A stretch of 64,000 nt of DNA from an uncultured Gammaproteobacteria bacterium (GCA_964569045.1 CAZMSR010000002.1:43272-107271), one strand, 5' to 3'; numbered from the stretch's first letter, positions 1 through 10,499 are shown. Numbers and translations: made by a program. The notes: generated by a model not told the origin, from the letters alone.

Positions 1-1
1 C

Positions 2-1114
2 ATTACTAAAAAAATATATAAATTAAGTAAAGAGCCATTCAATATTAATTCACCAAAACAACTCAAGGTTATTCTCTTTGAACGATTAGGATTATCCACA
101 CACCAAATTGGAAAAACTAAAACAGGTCTTTCTACTGCTGCTTCTGAACTTGAAAAACTCAGAGACTCTCATCCAATAATACCGCTAATCGAAGAGCACA
201 GAGAATTATCCAAACTACTTAGCACATACACTAAAGCACTACCAACTTTAATAAGTCCAAAAACTAACAGAATCCACACTAATCTAAATCAGACAATCAC
301 GGCTACCGGAAGACTCTCGAGTCAAAACCCTAACCTACAAAACATACCGACTAGAACCGAATTAGGGCAATTAATTAGAAAAGCCTTTATAGCTAAATCG
401 GGCTTTGAGTTGCTTAGTCTTGATTACTCTCAAATAGAACTGAGACTAGCTGCTCATCTTTCAGAAGACGAAAAAATGATAAAAGCATTTAAAGATGGAG
501 CTGATATTCATACCATGACAGCGGCTCAGATTAATAACATTAATATATCCAAAGTCACTAAAAATATGCGACGCGAAGCTAAAGCTATAAACTTTGGTAT
601 TCTTTATGGTCAAGGTCCTAGAGGCTTAAGTCAAACTACAGGCATGACACATATAAAAGCTCAAGAGTTTATTGATAATTATTTTAAAGTCTTTAAAAAT
701 ATAAAAGAATATATTGATGAATCCATTGAAAAAGCTCGAGAAAAAGGGTATGCTGAGACAATTTTTGGACGTATTAGGCATTTAAATGACATTAATTCTA
801 GTATAGGACAAATTCGAAAAAGCGCTGAAAGAATGGCAATAAATACTCCAATGCAAGGATCTGCAGCTGACTTAATAAAAATAGCAATGTTAGAAATTGA
901 TAAATTCTTAAATAATACAAATGAATGTGCTATGCTCTTGCAAATTCATGATGAATTAATATTTGAAGTTAAAAAAGAAAAAACCAAAGAATATGCTAAA
1001 AAAATCATTAATATCATGGAAAATGCAACAAATGACGTAAAACTTAAAGTACCGATTAAAGTTGATGCTGAAGTTGGAAATAACTGGGGAGAGACTAAAT
1101 TAATAGAAATCTAA
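2..1114 (+). CDS. polA: DNA polymerase I, C-terminal polymerase domain (5' end outside window)
   Basis: The frame of ORF 410..1114 stays open back to base 2 (my translation: ITKKIYKLSKEPFNINSPKQL...NPNLQNIPTRTELG...). Family-A polymerase motifs LDYSQIELR, RREAKAINFGILYG and QIHDELIFE are present. Confidence 0.95.
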   Translation: MTKKIYKLSKEPFNINSPKQLKVILFERLGLSTHQIGKTKTGLSTAASELEKLRDSHPIIPLIEEHRELSKLLSTYTKALPTLISPKTNRIHTNLNQTITATGRLSSQNPNLQNIPTRTELGQLIRKAFIAKSGFELLSLDYSQIELRLAAHLSEDEKMIKAFKDGADIHTMTAAQINNINISKVTKNMRREAKAINFGILYGQGPRGLSQTTGMTHIKAQEFIDNYFKVFKNIKEYIDESIEKAREKGYAETIFGRIRHLNDINSSIGQIRKSAERMAINTPMQGSAADLIKIAMLEIDKFLNNTNECAMLLQIHDELIFEVKKEKTKEYAKKIINIMENATNDVKLKVPIKVDAEVGNNWGETKLIEI

Positions 1115-1127
1115 GAATCATTCAAAT

Positions 1128-2099
1128 ATGATTATTTTTATTCATGGAGAAGATACATACCGCTCACGAGCGTATTTACACAAATTAAAAAATAAATACT
1201 TAAAAGAAATTGACAATACCGGATCAAACTTATCTCAAATAAACGGAGAAAAAACAAATATTGCCGAAATCAATAATGCAGTGTCCACAGCTTCATTATT
1301 AGTTAAAAAAAGAATGGTTATTATAGAAAATCTTTTTTGCATTAAAAATGACAAAAGCCTGGATGATATTTATTCTCTATTTAAACAAGATAAAATTCAA
1401 AATAGTGATAGCAATATTTTAATAATATGGGAAAGCATTGGGGAAAAAGAAAGATTAACTAAGCAAAAAAAAGAACTTAAAAAATTTTTAATAAGCACTA
1501 AATATTCTCCAAAACCTTTTAATCGATTAACACCACGCGAATTAGTAAACTGGATAATAAATTACACTATTTCAAAAAATAGCACCATAACAAATGAAGC
1601 TGCGAATTTACTTTGCTCATACACTCAAAATGATCTTTGGCTAATTAGCAATGAACTAGATAAATTGATTTATTATAAATTACCAAATGGCATTGATGCT
1701 AATGATGTAAAAAATATGGTTACTGCTTTAGTTAATGACAATATTTTTGCGCTTATAGATTCTATAGGTAATAGAAATAAAGGGGCAGCTTTAAATTTAT
1801 TAAAAAATCAACTAGAGTTTGGAGCTAATGAATTTCAAATTCTAAGCTTAATCTTACGACAATTTAAAATCCTAGCTAGAGTCAAATCTCAAAGCGAAAG
1901 CGGATTAACAAAAACTCAAATTGCCAACATTACAAAAATTCATCCATTTGTAGTTAAAAAAAGCTTAATTCAAGCTAAAAATTATACTTTTAAAACAATA
2001 ACAACTTTAATTAATAAACTAACAGAATATGATTTTATGGCAAAAACCGGTAAAATAAAAGCTAGTGAAATGCTAGAAATGTTTATTTTAACATTTTAA
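1128..2099 (+). CDS. holA: DNA polymerase III delta subunit (HolA-like)
   Basis: 323 aa. The N-terminus MIIFIHGEDTYRSRAYL and overall layout are typical of short HolA proteins. Position directly after polA fits. Confidence 0.7.
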   Translation: MIIFIHGEDTYRSRAYLHKLKNKYLKEIDNTGSNLSQINGEKTNIAEINNAVSTASLLVKKRMVIIENLFCIKNDKSLDDIYSLFKQDKIQNSDSNILIIWESIGEKERLTKQKKELKKFLISTKYSPKPFNRLTPRELVNWIINYTISKNSTITNEAANLLCSYTQNDLWLISNELDKLIYYKLPNGIDANDVKNMVTALVNDNIFALIDSIGNRNKGAALNLLKNQLEFGANEFQILSLILRQFKILARVKSQSESGLTKTQIANITKIHPFVVKKSLIQAKNYTFKTITTLINKLTEYDFMAKTGKIKASEMLEMFILTF

Positions 2100-2126
2100 A
2101 AAAGCGCTTCTAGCGCTTCTTTATTT
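2098..2126. terminator. Candidate bidirectional terminator hairpin between convergent holA and rpsT
   Basis: Perfect 7-bp stem aagcgct / agcgctt (2102-2108 / 2112-2118) with a 3-nt loop. T-rich on the + side (ctttattt); only a short T run on the - side. Confidence 0.45.
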
Positions 2127-2384
2127 ACTTATTTTATTTAGCTTTAGTTGAAGAGATTTCTTTTTTCGATTTTGAGCATTTTTTTTAATAATACCTTTTT
2201 GAGCGGCCTTATCAATGTCTTTTAATGTTTTTTTAACAACATCTTTTACTTTTTCATCTTTTGAAATTATAGCCTTTTGACTTACTTTAATTGATTTTTT
2301 TAAAGCTGCTTTAAGCTTTGAGTTAATAGCTGACTTTTTTTTACTCTTTCTGAGCTCTTTTTTAGCTGATTTAATATTTGGCAT
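2121..2384 (-). CDS. rpsT: 30S ribosomal protein S20
   Basis: 87 aa, very basic. MPNIKSAKKELRKSKKK... is a typical S20 N-terminus. Confidence 0.9.
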   Translation of the reverse strand: MPNIKSAKKELRKSKKKSAINSKLKAALKKSIKVSQKAIISKDEKVKDVVKKTLKDIDKAAQKGIIKKNAQNRKKKSLQLKLNKISK

Positions 2385-2494
2385 TTTTATTTCTGATAAT
2401 TAAGTTGTAAGCAAAATACTTGCACCAAGCAAATTATAAGCTTACATTATTTATTAATACTAAAACTTTAGCATAAGTTGCAAATTTTTTCAAG

Positions 2495-2656
2495 TATACT
2501 CAATTGCTAAACTAATTCAGAAAATAATTTTTTTTTAATTTCGAGCGAGACAAAGAGAAAAAATTTTGTTTATGCTATAGTATAGGCCAAATTTTTTCTC
2601 AAAGCCACAGCCGAAATTTAAGAAAATTATCGGAATTAGTTTAGCAATTGAGTATA
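2495..2656. repeat. 162-bp long imperfect palindrome (intergenic hairpin element, class E1)
   Basis: Perfect 24-bp terminal inverted repeat tatactcaattgctaaactaattc (2495-2518) / gaattagtttagcaattgagtata (2633-2656). The inner arms are also largely complementary (ttaatttcg.../...cgaaattta; agaaaaaatttt). Confidence 0.85.
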
Positions 2657-2778
2657 GCTGTATCAATCCACCTTATTTTGGACAAGAAATACATAATGAA
2701 TACTTATATATATTATATTGATAAATAACCAATACTAATATAAAATAAAATTACTAGTATATTAAAAATATACAAAAT

Positions 2779-4500
2779 ATGGGCATTATTACTCAAATTA
2801 AAAAATCTCTAGTTTCTGATTCAAATAATTGTTTGCATAAAAATATTATAAAGGTAAAAAATATAGTTTACCCACCAAATATTAATATGGGAGACCTAAG
2901 CTTACCATGTTTTGAATTAGCAAATATCCTACACATAAGACCGCACGAAGCAGCTTTGGAATTAAAAAAATTACTATCTAAGAAAAAAAATAAATATCTA
3001 AGTTCAATTCAAGTTACCGGCCCATATATAAATTTTATTATTAACAAAAAAATTCTTGCGAAAAACTTATTAAAGGAAATAAAAGAAAAACAAAATAAAT
3101 ACGGAAAACTTAAAGTAAGTGAAAAAAAGAAGATAATGATTGAATACTCAAATGCAAATACTCATAAGGAGTACCACATTGGTCATTTGCGCAATATTTG
3201 CATCGGGGATTCAATTAACAAAATATTAGAAACTAATGGGCATAATATTTTTCCTGTTTCATATATTAATGATTTTGGCATACATGTAGCTAAAACGCTA
3301 TGGTGCTTAAAAGAATACTATAAAGACAAAATTCCTCAAAAAAATAAAGGGGAATTCTTGGGTAAAATTTATGCTGATTCAACTAATAAAACAAAAGAAA
3401 ATCCTTTAGCTCAAGATTTAATTAGTTTTTTAATGAAAAGAATAGAATCGCGAGAAGGAGAAGATTACAAGCTTTGGCAAAAAACCAGAAACTGGAGCAT
3501 AAAACAATTTAACGAAATATATAAAGAACTAAATATTGAATTTAAAAACATATACTACGAAAGCGAACTTATCCAAAAAGGATTAAAAATAATAAAAGAA
3601 CTAAAAGAGAAAAAAATCTTAATAGAAAGCAACGGAGCTATTATTGCTGATTTAAATAAATATAACTTGGGTATACTAGTAATAATGCGCTCAGACGGAA
3701 CAGCTTTATACCCGGTTGCTGATATTTCACTTGCTATTCAAAAAATTACTAAGCACAAACTTGATAAATCAATTTATGTTGTTGATGTCCGTCAGAGTTT
3801 GTATTTTAAACAATTATTTAAACTTCTGGAATTAATGGGCTATAAACAAGATTTAGTGCATTTGAGTTATGAATTTGTAAAACTACCCGATGGAATGATG
3901 TCATCAAGAACAGGCAATATAATAACCTATAGTGACTTAAGGGAGAAATTAAAAACCAAGGCCAAAGAAGAAATACTTAAGCGACATAATAATTGGAGCT
4001 TAAGAAAAATAGAAAAAACCGCTACCACTCTGGCATTAGCTATTATGAAATTTGAAATGTTAAAAGTTGATACTAACCAGATTATAAATTTTAACTTTGA
4101 AAATGCTTTAAAATTTGAAGGATACACAGCAGGCTATCTGGAATATACTTATGTAAGAATTAATAGTATTTTAAAAATATTTTATAAAGAAAACATAGAC
4201 ACCATATTTAGTGAAATTAATCTTTCCATTTTAAATAATAAAAAAGAACACGAATTAATAATTAAAATGGCAAAATATCCGGAAATCATAAAAAAAGCCG
4301 GTAATAATTACAACCCAAGCGAAGTAGCTAAATATCTATTTGAATTGGCTCAAATTACTAACGATTATTATCATGCTACCCCAATACTAAAATCAGATGA
4401 GGAGTTGCGAAGCGCACGTATACTATTAATTGAATCTGTTAATCAGATTATTAAAAATGGCCTTGGATTGCTTGGAATTGAAGTTTTGAATGAAATGTAA
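2779..4500 (+). CDS. argS: Arginyl-tRNA synthetase
   Basis: 573 aa. Class I HIGH motif (HIGHLRN), MSSRTG in place of KMSKS, ArgRS-like N- and C-terminal domains. Confidence 0.93.
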   Translation: MGIITQIKKSLVSDSNNCLHKNIIKVKNIVYPPNINMGDLSLPCFELANILHIRPHEAALELKKLLSKKKNKYLSSIQVTGPYINFIINKKILAKNLLKEIKEKQNKYGKLKVSEKKKIMIEYSNANTHKEYHIGHLRNICIGDSINKILETNGHNIFPVSYINDFGIHVAKTLWCLKEYYKDKIPQKNKGEFLGKIYADSTNKTKENPLAQDLISFLMKRIESREGEDYKLWQKTRNWSIKQFNEIYKELNIEFKNIYYESELIQKGLKIIKELKEKKILIESNGAIIADLNKYNLGILVIMRSDGTALYPVADISLAIQKITKHKLDKSIYVVDVRQSLYFKQLFKLLELMGYKQDLVHLSYEFVKLPDGMMSSRTGNIITYSDLREKLKTKAKEEILKRHNNWSLRKIEKTATTLALAIMKFEMLKVDTNQIINFNFENALKFEGYTAGYLEYTYVRINSILKIFYKENIDTIFSEINLSILNNKKEHELIIKMAKYPEIIKKAGNNYNPSEVAKYLFELAQITNDYYHATPILKSDEELRSARILLIESVNQIIKNGLGLLGIEVLNEM

Positions 4501-4563
4501 TATCTCCCCACTATTTCATTACGCTAAACTATTTCAATAATTTTTAATAGTTTATTATTTAAT

Positions 4564-5865
4564 TTAGTATTTTTCATTAATGTAGCTTATAGCTTTATTT
4601 TTAATGTCCACTCCTTGTTTTTTGTAGTTTATTGCAGCTTGTGCTAATTGCCCGATCTTATTTCTACAATCTTTTGTTATAACGGGGATTTTTAAAGTTT
4701 CAATATCTTTAATTTTTAAGTGACGAATATTGGATCCGGCAATAAAAGAACTTATATTTTCTTGCCCTAAAAAAGAATTTATATAATTTGCAATATAATA
4801 TGGATTATAATCTTTGTTTTGAATAATTAAACGCACTATTCCTCCGGAAATTATACTATCTTCGTCATAATCGTATACCAAGGCAATCCCGGGGGTTCCA
4901 TCTTTTGTTAATAAGATATCACCTTTATTTGGTTTGTATCTAGATTTAAATTTATTATACACCTCTTTCCCAATATACTTCTGAGCTTTATTTATTAATC
5001 CATATTTAGTAATATTTCCTACTCTTAAAAACTTGATTCCTGATTTTTGATATGACTTTACCCCAACTTCAGCGCCACTTTTAATATGTGCTATTTTATT
5101 TAAATTTATACAATTAATTAATTCATTTTTAGGCAAATAACTAAAAACATCTAAATTGTTATTCTTTTTTACCTGACTTATTTTTATGCTAAATCCTTGT
5201 TTTGAATAATTTTTATTCTTTCTATACTCTATACTGCTTTGTAACAAACTATCTGCTTTTTTGTTAAACTCATAAAAATTACTTATATACTTTTCTGCAT
5301 TTTTATAGGTTTTAGTTATTTCTTCGTAGTTTTTTAATTTTTTAATCTTAACATCACTCAAATCTGACTTTGAAATACTCATTATTGACATACCGCTTTC
5401 TAACCTTTTAATTTGATCTTGGGCTAGAAGCGAGGCTAAATACGCAGCTAAGTAATATGGACTAATTACTTCTGGCTCTTTTACTCTTATGCGTATTATT
5501 TCAGAGCTAATAAAAATCTTTTTTTTACTTGAATCAACTAGCCAAACTTGTCCTACCTGACCTTTGCGCGTTATTATAATATCTTTATCTTGGACTTCTA
5601 CTCCAAGTAAATCATCAGGTACTCGCATAACATTACTAAAATCTATTCTATACTCTTTAAAATCTCCTGTTCTTAAATAGTACGCTCTACAATCTTTATT
5701 ATTAAAATTAATTAAACTTGTTCCCAGCTTAAGATTGGCAACATCTCCCAGGCTAAATGCGCCATTTAAACTCTCTTCTAGCTTAAGAAATTTTGGATTA
5801 TAAAATTCCGGATCCAAGCGTTTTAATTTATTTAGTTCTAATAATTGAACTCTGGAAATAATCAT
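4564..5865 (-). CDS. hsdS: Type I restriction-modification specificity subunit (HsdS-like, two target-recognition halves)
   Basis: 433 aa with two internally similar halves (...DPEFYNPKF... / ...GDILLTKDGTPG...), typical of HsdS. The start overlaps the stop of the upstream methylase gene (ATGA at 5862-5865). Confidence 0.8.
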   Translation of the reverse strand: MIISRVQLLELNKLKRLDPEFYNPKFLKLEESLNGAFSLGDVANLKLGTSLINFNNKDCRAYYLRTGDFKEYRIDFSNVMRVPDDLLGVEVQDKDIIITRKGQVGQVWLVDSSKKKIFISSEIIRIRVKEPEVISPYYLAAYLASLLAQDQIKRLESGMSIMSISKSDLSDVKIKKLKNYEEITKTYKNAEKYISNFYEFNKKADSLLQSSIEYRKNKNYSKQGFSIKISQVKKNNNLDVFSYLPKNELINCINLNKIAHIKSGAEVGVKSYQKSGIKFLRVGNITKYGLINKAQKYIGKEVYNKFKSRYKPNKGDILLTKDGTPGIALVYDYDEDSIISGGIVRLIIQNKDYNPYYIANYINSFLGQENISSFIAGSNIRHLKIKDIETLKIPVITKDCRNKIGQLAQAAINYKKQGVDIKNKAISYINEKY

Positions 5866-7076
5866 TTTTTTAAAAACTTTAAATATTCACTAGTAATGTC
5901 ATCTAAGTCATGATCAAGAATTAATTTTTCATTTTTATTTATTTTATAACTAGGTCTACCTAAATGATCTTTGCCAGACTTTTCAGATACTGCCATGAAT
6001 ATTGGGTAATCATATAATCTATTGTCACGTGCAAACCAACGCCTTAAAAAAACTATACTTGTTTTAGTATCAGTATATGGCCTAAAAATATTTCGATCTA
6101 AGCTAATTATAGCTAAAATTTGAGCGTTAGCTAGCAAATACTTACGCACATTTGCCATGTTTTTATTATTAAGGACTCCTTGCGGCAATATAATTGCAGC
6201 GCGTCCACCCGGCTTTAAGAGGTCAAATACTCTTTCTAAAAAAAGAATATGCCTATCCATTCTTGGTCGCAACCTATTGTTTTCATCCATTGATAACTCA
6301 TATTCTTTTAAAATTTCTTTATTAGTAATATCACCTGAAAAGGGAGGGTTTGTTAGAATGCAGTCAAAGGTATGTTTTTTTAAACCTAGCTTATTCCATA
6401 TGGGTATATTTATTGTATCTAACTTATTTAAATTGTATGCATATTTATCTCCGGCAATAATTTTAATAGCCTGCGCTATTTTTATTGACTTATCATCAGC
6501 ATCAATACCATAAATATTTTTAAGATTTATTTTGGAATCTACTTTATTTTTGTAAATATAATTTAAAGAATTAATTAAATAACCGCCTGAACCACAAGCC
6601 GGGTCTAGAATTAATTCAGTATTTCTCGGTTTTAAAACATCTACCATTAATTTTATTACATGCTCAGGAGTAAAATATTGACCACGCTTTTTTTTAGCTA
6701 CTTCTGGCAATATATATTCAAAAGCATCAGTAGCCTCACTAATACTACAATCAAGTATGCTTATTGGTGCTAATATATTTATACAAGCCTCTAAACATAA
6801 AGCGTTTAAATTAAATTTTTCTTGAGAGGCAAACACATTTGACCATTTAGACCTAGCTTTTTGAAATAATTTTTGAATATTTTTACTTCTTTCTTTTGAA
6901 TTAATAAACTTTGGCTTGTATTTATTATTTTTCACATCTAACTCATCCACTAACTTTACATAAATAAGCTTTAATACCTCAGAAAAAACATCAGCCCCGG
7001 ATTTAATTATAATAGCCTCTTCTAATTGACAGATTATATCTTTCAAATTTTTTTGCGAATCTAATTTATTATTCAT
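5862..7076 (-). CDS. hsdM: N6-adenine DNA methyltransferase (type I HsdM-like)
   Basis: SAM motif I DPACGSGGYL and catalytic motif IV TNPPF. Translationally coupled to hsdS. Confidence 0.85.
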   Translation of the reverse strand: MNNKLDSQKNLKDIICQLEEAIIIKSGADVFSEVLKLIYVKLVDELDVKNNKYKPKFINSKERSKNIQKLFQKARSKWSNVFASQEKFNLNALCLEACINILAPISILDCSISEATDAFEYILPEVAKKKRGQYFTPEHVIKLMVDVLKPRNTELILDPACGSGGYLINSLNYIYKNKVDSKINLKNIYGIDADDKSIKIAQAIKIIAGDKYAYNLNKLDTINIPIWNKLGLKKHTFDCILTNPPFSGDITNKEILKEYELSMDENNRLRPRMDRHILFLERVFDLLKPGGRAAIILPQGVLNNKNMANVRKYLLANAQILAIISLDRNIFRPYTDTKTSIVFLRRWFARDNRLYDYPIFMAVSEKSGKDHLGRPSYKINKNEKLILDHDLDDITSEYLKFLKK

Positions 7077-7187
7077 AATTTAATTGTACTATAAAAGAAA
7101 AACTAATGCATTATCCGTACTATTTAACATAATTGTAATATTATTTTTTGTTTAAATTTAAAAAAAAGTTTATAATAAACTCATAAG

Positions 7188-7757
7188 TTGAAAAATATAA
7201 GTATGAATCATCAAATTGGGGGAAACCTTTTATTGAATCAAAAATTAATTATTGAAAAAGCTTGTATTGGGGAAAATTCAAAAGTTGCTGACTTAGGATG
7301 TGGCATGCATGGATATTTTATATACCCGATTGCTAAAAAAATTGGCAAACATGGCTTTATTTATGCAGTTGATATATTAAAGGCAGCGTTAGAAAATGTT
7401 AAAAGATCTATGAGTCAAGAAAATATTACCAATGCAAAAACTATTTGGAGTAATTTAGAAATATTTAATGGGACCAATATTGCTTCAAACAGCCTTGACA
7501 CCGGTTTACTTATAAACATTCTTCATCAATCTAAAAAAAGAGTTAATATTATTCGTGAAACCACTAGACTACTAAAAAAAGATGGAATGCTTTTAATAGT
7601 TGACTGGAAAAATATTGCTTCGCCACTTGGCCCATCAAAAGAAAATAAAGTAAACCAAGAAAACTTAAAGCAAGCCCTACCCAAAATGGGACTTAAATTA
7701 GAAGAAGAATTTGAAGCTGGTAAATTTCATTATGGGTTGGTTTTCAGAAAGATGTAA
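7188..7757 (+). CDS. Class I SAM-dependent methyltransferase, substrate unknown
   Basis: Glycine-rich SAM loop VADLGCGMHGY and Rossmann-like alternation. The track start is TTG; an ATG at 7203 (MNHQIGG) is an alternative start. Confidence 0.55.
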   Translation: MKNISMNHQIGGNLLLNQKLIIEKACIGENSKVADLGCGMHGYFIYPIAKKIGKHGFIYAVDILKAALENVKRSMSQENITNAKTIWSNLEIFNGTNIASNSLDTGLLINILHQSKKRVNIIRETTRLLKKDGMLLIVDWKNIASPLGPSKENKVNQENLKQALPKMGLKLEEEFEAGKFHYGLVFRKM

Positions 7758-7827
7758 ACGATTAATGAACATAATTTGATAAATAAACAAAAGATGACTA
7801 TGATAAACAAATAAGTCATTTTTTAAT

Positions 7828-9927
7828 ATGGATAAAAAACAACAAATCTTGGAATTATTAAAATTGCACTATGGTTATAATAGCTTAAGGCAAGGTCAGG
7901 AACAGGCAATTAATAATATTATTAATAAAAAATCCACTCTAGTTATAATGCCGACCGGTGGAGGGAAGTCTTTATGCTATCAATTACCGGCTTTAGTTTT
8001 AGATGGAGTAACTTTAGTAGTATCGCCGCTTATTTCACTAATGAAAGACCAAGTTGACTCTTTAAATAAAATTGGCATACCGGCAACTTTTATAAATTCC
8101 TCTTTAAGTCAAGACCGGGTTGAGCTTGAATTAAACAAAGTTAGAGAAGGATATTATAAGCTAATATATGTTGCGCCTGAAAGGTTTTATTCCAGGGACT
8201 TTATTAACACCTTAAACTCAATCAAAGTAGAGCTCTTTGCAATTGATGAAGCGCATTGCATAAGCCAATGGGGTCACGACTTTAGGCCAAGCTACACTAA
8301 GCTAGCTAGCGCGATTGAACAAATTGGGAATCCTACTATAATCGCTTTAACAGCAACTGCCACGCCAGAAGTTAAAGAAGACATTATAAAACAACTTAAC
8401 CTTAAAAACCCGGAGTATATAATAACTGGATTTGCTAGACCAAACCTTCAATTCGGGGTAGTACAGGCTAATGATATCCAAAGATCTCAGTTAATTTTAG
8501 ATTTAATTTGGAAAACAAATGAAGGGTCTGGAATTATCTACGCCGGGACTCGTAAAAAGGTTGAAGATACATTATTATCTTTGCAAAGAGCCGGTATAGA
8601 AGCTATCGGCTACCATGGAGGCATGGAAGCAGAAGAAAGAAAGCGTGTTCAAGAAAATTTCATGAACAATAGAGCTAGGTTTGTAGTGGCGACCAATGCA
8701 TTTGGTATGGGCATTGATAAATCAGACATACGGTTTGTTATTCACTACAGCCTTCCCGGAACGCTTGAAGCTTACTATCAAGAGGTAGGTAGAGCCGGTA
8801 GAGATGGTAAGCATAGTTTTTGTGTTCTATTTTACCATCCAAAAGACAGGCGTTTGCATGAATTTTTTATTAAAGGCGATAACCCACCGGCAAGCACCAT
8901 TCGCGAACTGTACACTAGTTTAACAAATGAATCTAGCAATACTATTTTAGCTACTTATTCTAAGCTAAAAGAAGAGTTAAGTGATGATGTACCTGAAATG
9001 GCAATTGGAACGTCTTTAAAAATTTTAGAACGCGAAGGTTACATTCAAAGAGCTAATGAAAAAACCGGAAATGCGCACTTCCAGCTTTTAACAAATTTTG
9101 AAGACGCTGTAGCTAAACTAGGCTCGCGAGCCAAAAAAAGCCAAGATATTTTATTAAAACTTTACGAAAATTACGCCAGTGAGCTTAACCGAGGTCTTGA
9201 AGTAAATTTTGAAATAATTTCTAGTATGATTGGCGCGAATAAAGACTCAATCGTAAGAGTATTAAAAAAATTAGCAAACCTTGGAATCGCAGAATATTCA
9301 CCACCATTTCGCGGAACTGAGATAAACATATTAAAAAGAATTGATCCGGATGAACTGCAAATTGATTTTAGTTCACTTAAAAACAAGCTAACGCAAGCAT
9401 ATTCAAAATTAAATAAAATGGAAGATTTTATTTATCACTTGGACTGCAGGCAAAAATACATTTTAAATTATTTTGGTGATGATAATCCTTATACATGTGG
9501 TAAGTGTGATAACTGCTTAGCTGATTTAGGCTATAAACGAAAACATAAGGCGCCTGATAAAGAATATTTAACTAACACTATCAAAACCGCTAAACAAGAA
9601 TTCAAAGAAAAAAAAATGTTCAACACAAAATTGACTCAACTAGTTACTCTAGAACACTGGAAAAACGGATTAGACACAGATGAAATAGCTAAAGAAAGAG
9701 ATCTAAAAGAGCAAACAATCTCCAACCATGTAGTATATTTAATTGAAAAAGACTTAATTAAAAAAAATGAAATAGACAAAATTGTTACTACTAATAAACA
9801 AAAAAAGATTATTAAAGCTATTGAAAAAATAGGAGGTGATAAATTAAAACCAATAAAAGAAGATTTAGGAAAAGAATATAGTTATAATGATATAAAATTT
9901 ACCCGGGCAGTTTATAAGAAACACTAA
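7828..9927 (+). CDS. recQ: ATP-dependent DNA helicase RecQ
   Basis: Walker A PTGGGKS, DEAH box (AIDEAHCISQWGHDFRP), helicase C motifs, Zn-binding CGKCDNC, C-terminal HTH-like extension. Confidence 0.92.
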   Translation: MDKKQQILELLKLHYGYNSLRQGQEQAINNIINKKSTLVIMPTGGGKSLCYQLPALVLDGVTLVVSPLISLMKDQVDSLNKIGIPATFINSSLSQDRVELELNKVREGYYKLIYVAPERFYSRDFINTLNSIKVELFAIDEAHCISQWGHDFRPSYTKLASAIEQIGNPTIIALTATATPEVKEDIIKQLNLKNPEYIITGFARPNLQFGVVQANDIQRSQLILDLIWKTNEGSGIIYAGTRKKVEDTLLSLQRAGIEAIGYHGGMEAEERKRVQENFMNNRARFVVATNAFGMGIDKSDIRFVIHYSLPGTLEAYYQEVGRAGRDGKHSFCVLFYHPKDRRLHEFFIKGDNPPASTIRELYTSLTNESSNTILATYSKLKEELSDDVPEMAIGTSLKILEREGYIQRANEKTGNAHFQLLTNFEDAVAKLGSRAKKSQDILLKLYENYASELNRGLEVNFEIISSMIGANKDSIVRVLKKLANLGIAEYSPPFRGTEINILKRIDPDELQIDFSSLKNKLTQAYSKLNKMEDFIYHLDCRQKYILNYFGDDNPYTCGKCDNCLADLGYKRKHKAPDKEYLTNTIKTAKQEFKEKKMFNTKLTQLVTLEHWKNGLDTDEIAKERDLKEQTISNHVVYLIEKDLIKKNEIDKIVTTNKQKKIIKAIEKIGGDKLKPIKEDLGKEYSYNDIKFTRAVYKKH

Positions 9928-9945
9928 TATGCTATAATTTACAAT

Positions 9946-10497
9946 ATGGTTAATGAACATATTGTATTAGTAAATGAACAAAATAATGTAATAGGGACTG
10001 CTCTTAAAAATAAAGTACATGGAGCAAATACTCCTTTACATAGAGCTTTTTCTGTTTTTATTTTTAGAAAAAGTGATAAAATGTTTTTGTTACAGCAACG
10101 AAGCTTAAGCAAAATTACTTGGCCCGGTGTTTGGTCAAATAGTTGTTGCGGACATCCGATGTTAAATGAATCCACGATTAATGCAGCTAGACGAAGAGTT
10201 AAGCAAGAGCTAGGAATTAACTTAAACCTACTTGAAGAAGCAGCGCCTTATCGGTATACTTTTATTAAAGATGGAATAATGGAGAATGAAATATGCCCAA
10301 TTTTGATAGGTTTAACCAAAACTGAACCAATTATTAACAAAGATGAAGTGGAGTCAATAAAATGGATTAACTGGGATGAATTTTTAAATAATACAAAAAA
10401 TAATCCTGAAAATTGGTCACCATGGTGTTGTGAAGAAAGTTTAATCTTAAGTAAAAATAAACGATTCAATCAAATAATAAACATTAATAAAATATAA
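9946..10497 (+). CDS. idi: Isopentenyl-diphosphate delta-isomerase, type 1 (Nudix fold)
   Basis: LHRAFSVFIF...WPGVWSNSCCGHP...ENE pattern characteristic of IDI-1. Confidence 0.85.
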   Translation: MVNEHIVLVNEQNNVIGTALKNKVHGANTPLHRAFSVFIFRKSDKMFLLQQRSLSKITWPGVWSNSCCGHPMLNESTINAARRRVKQELGINLNLLEEAAPYRYTFIKDGIMENEICPILIGLTKTEPIINKDEVESIKWINWDEFLNNTKNNPENWSPWCCEESLILSKNKRFNQIININKI

Positions 10498-10499
10498 AA

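Noticed and set aside
5862-5865. Alternative genetic code (UGA recoded, as in some CPR lineages).
   Set aside because: All conserved genes are intact under the standard code, and TGA serves as the stop in the ATGA overlap of hsdM and hsdS. There is no sign of in-frame TGA inside conserved domains.
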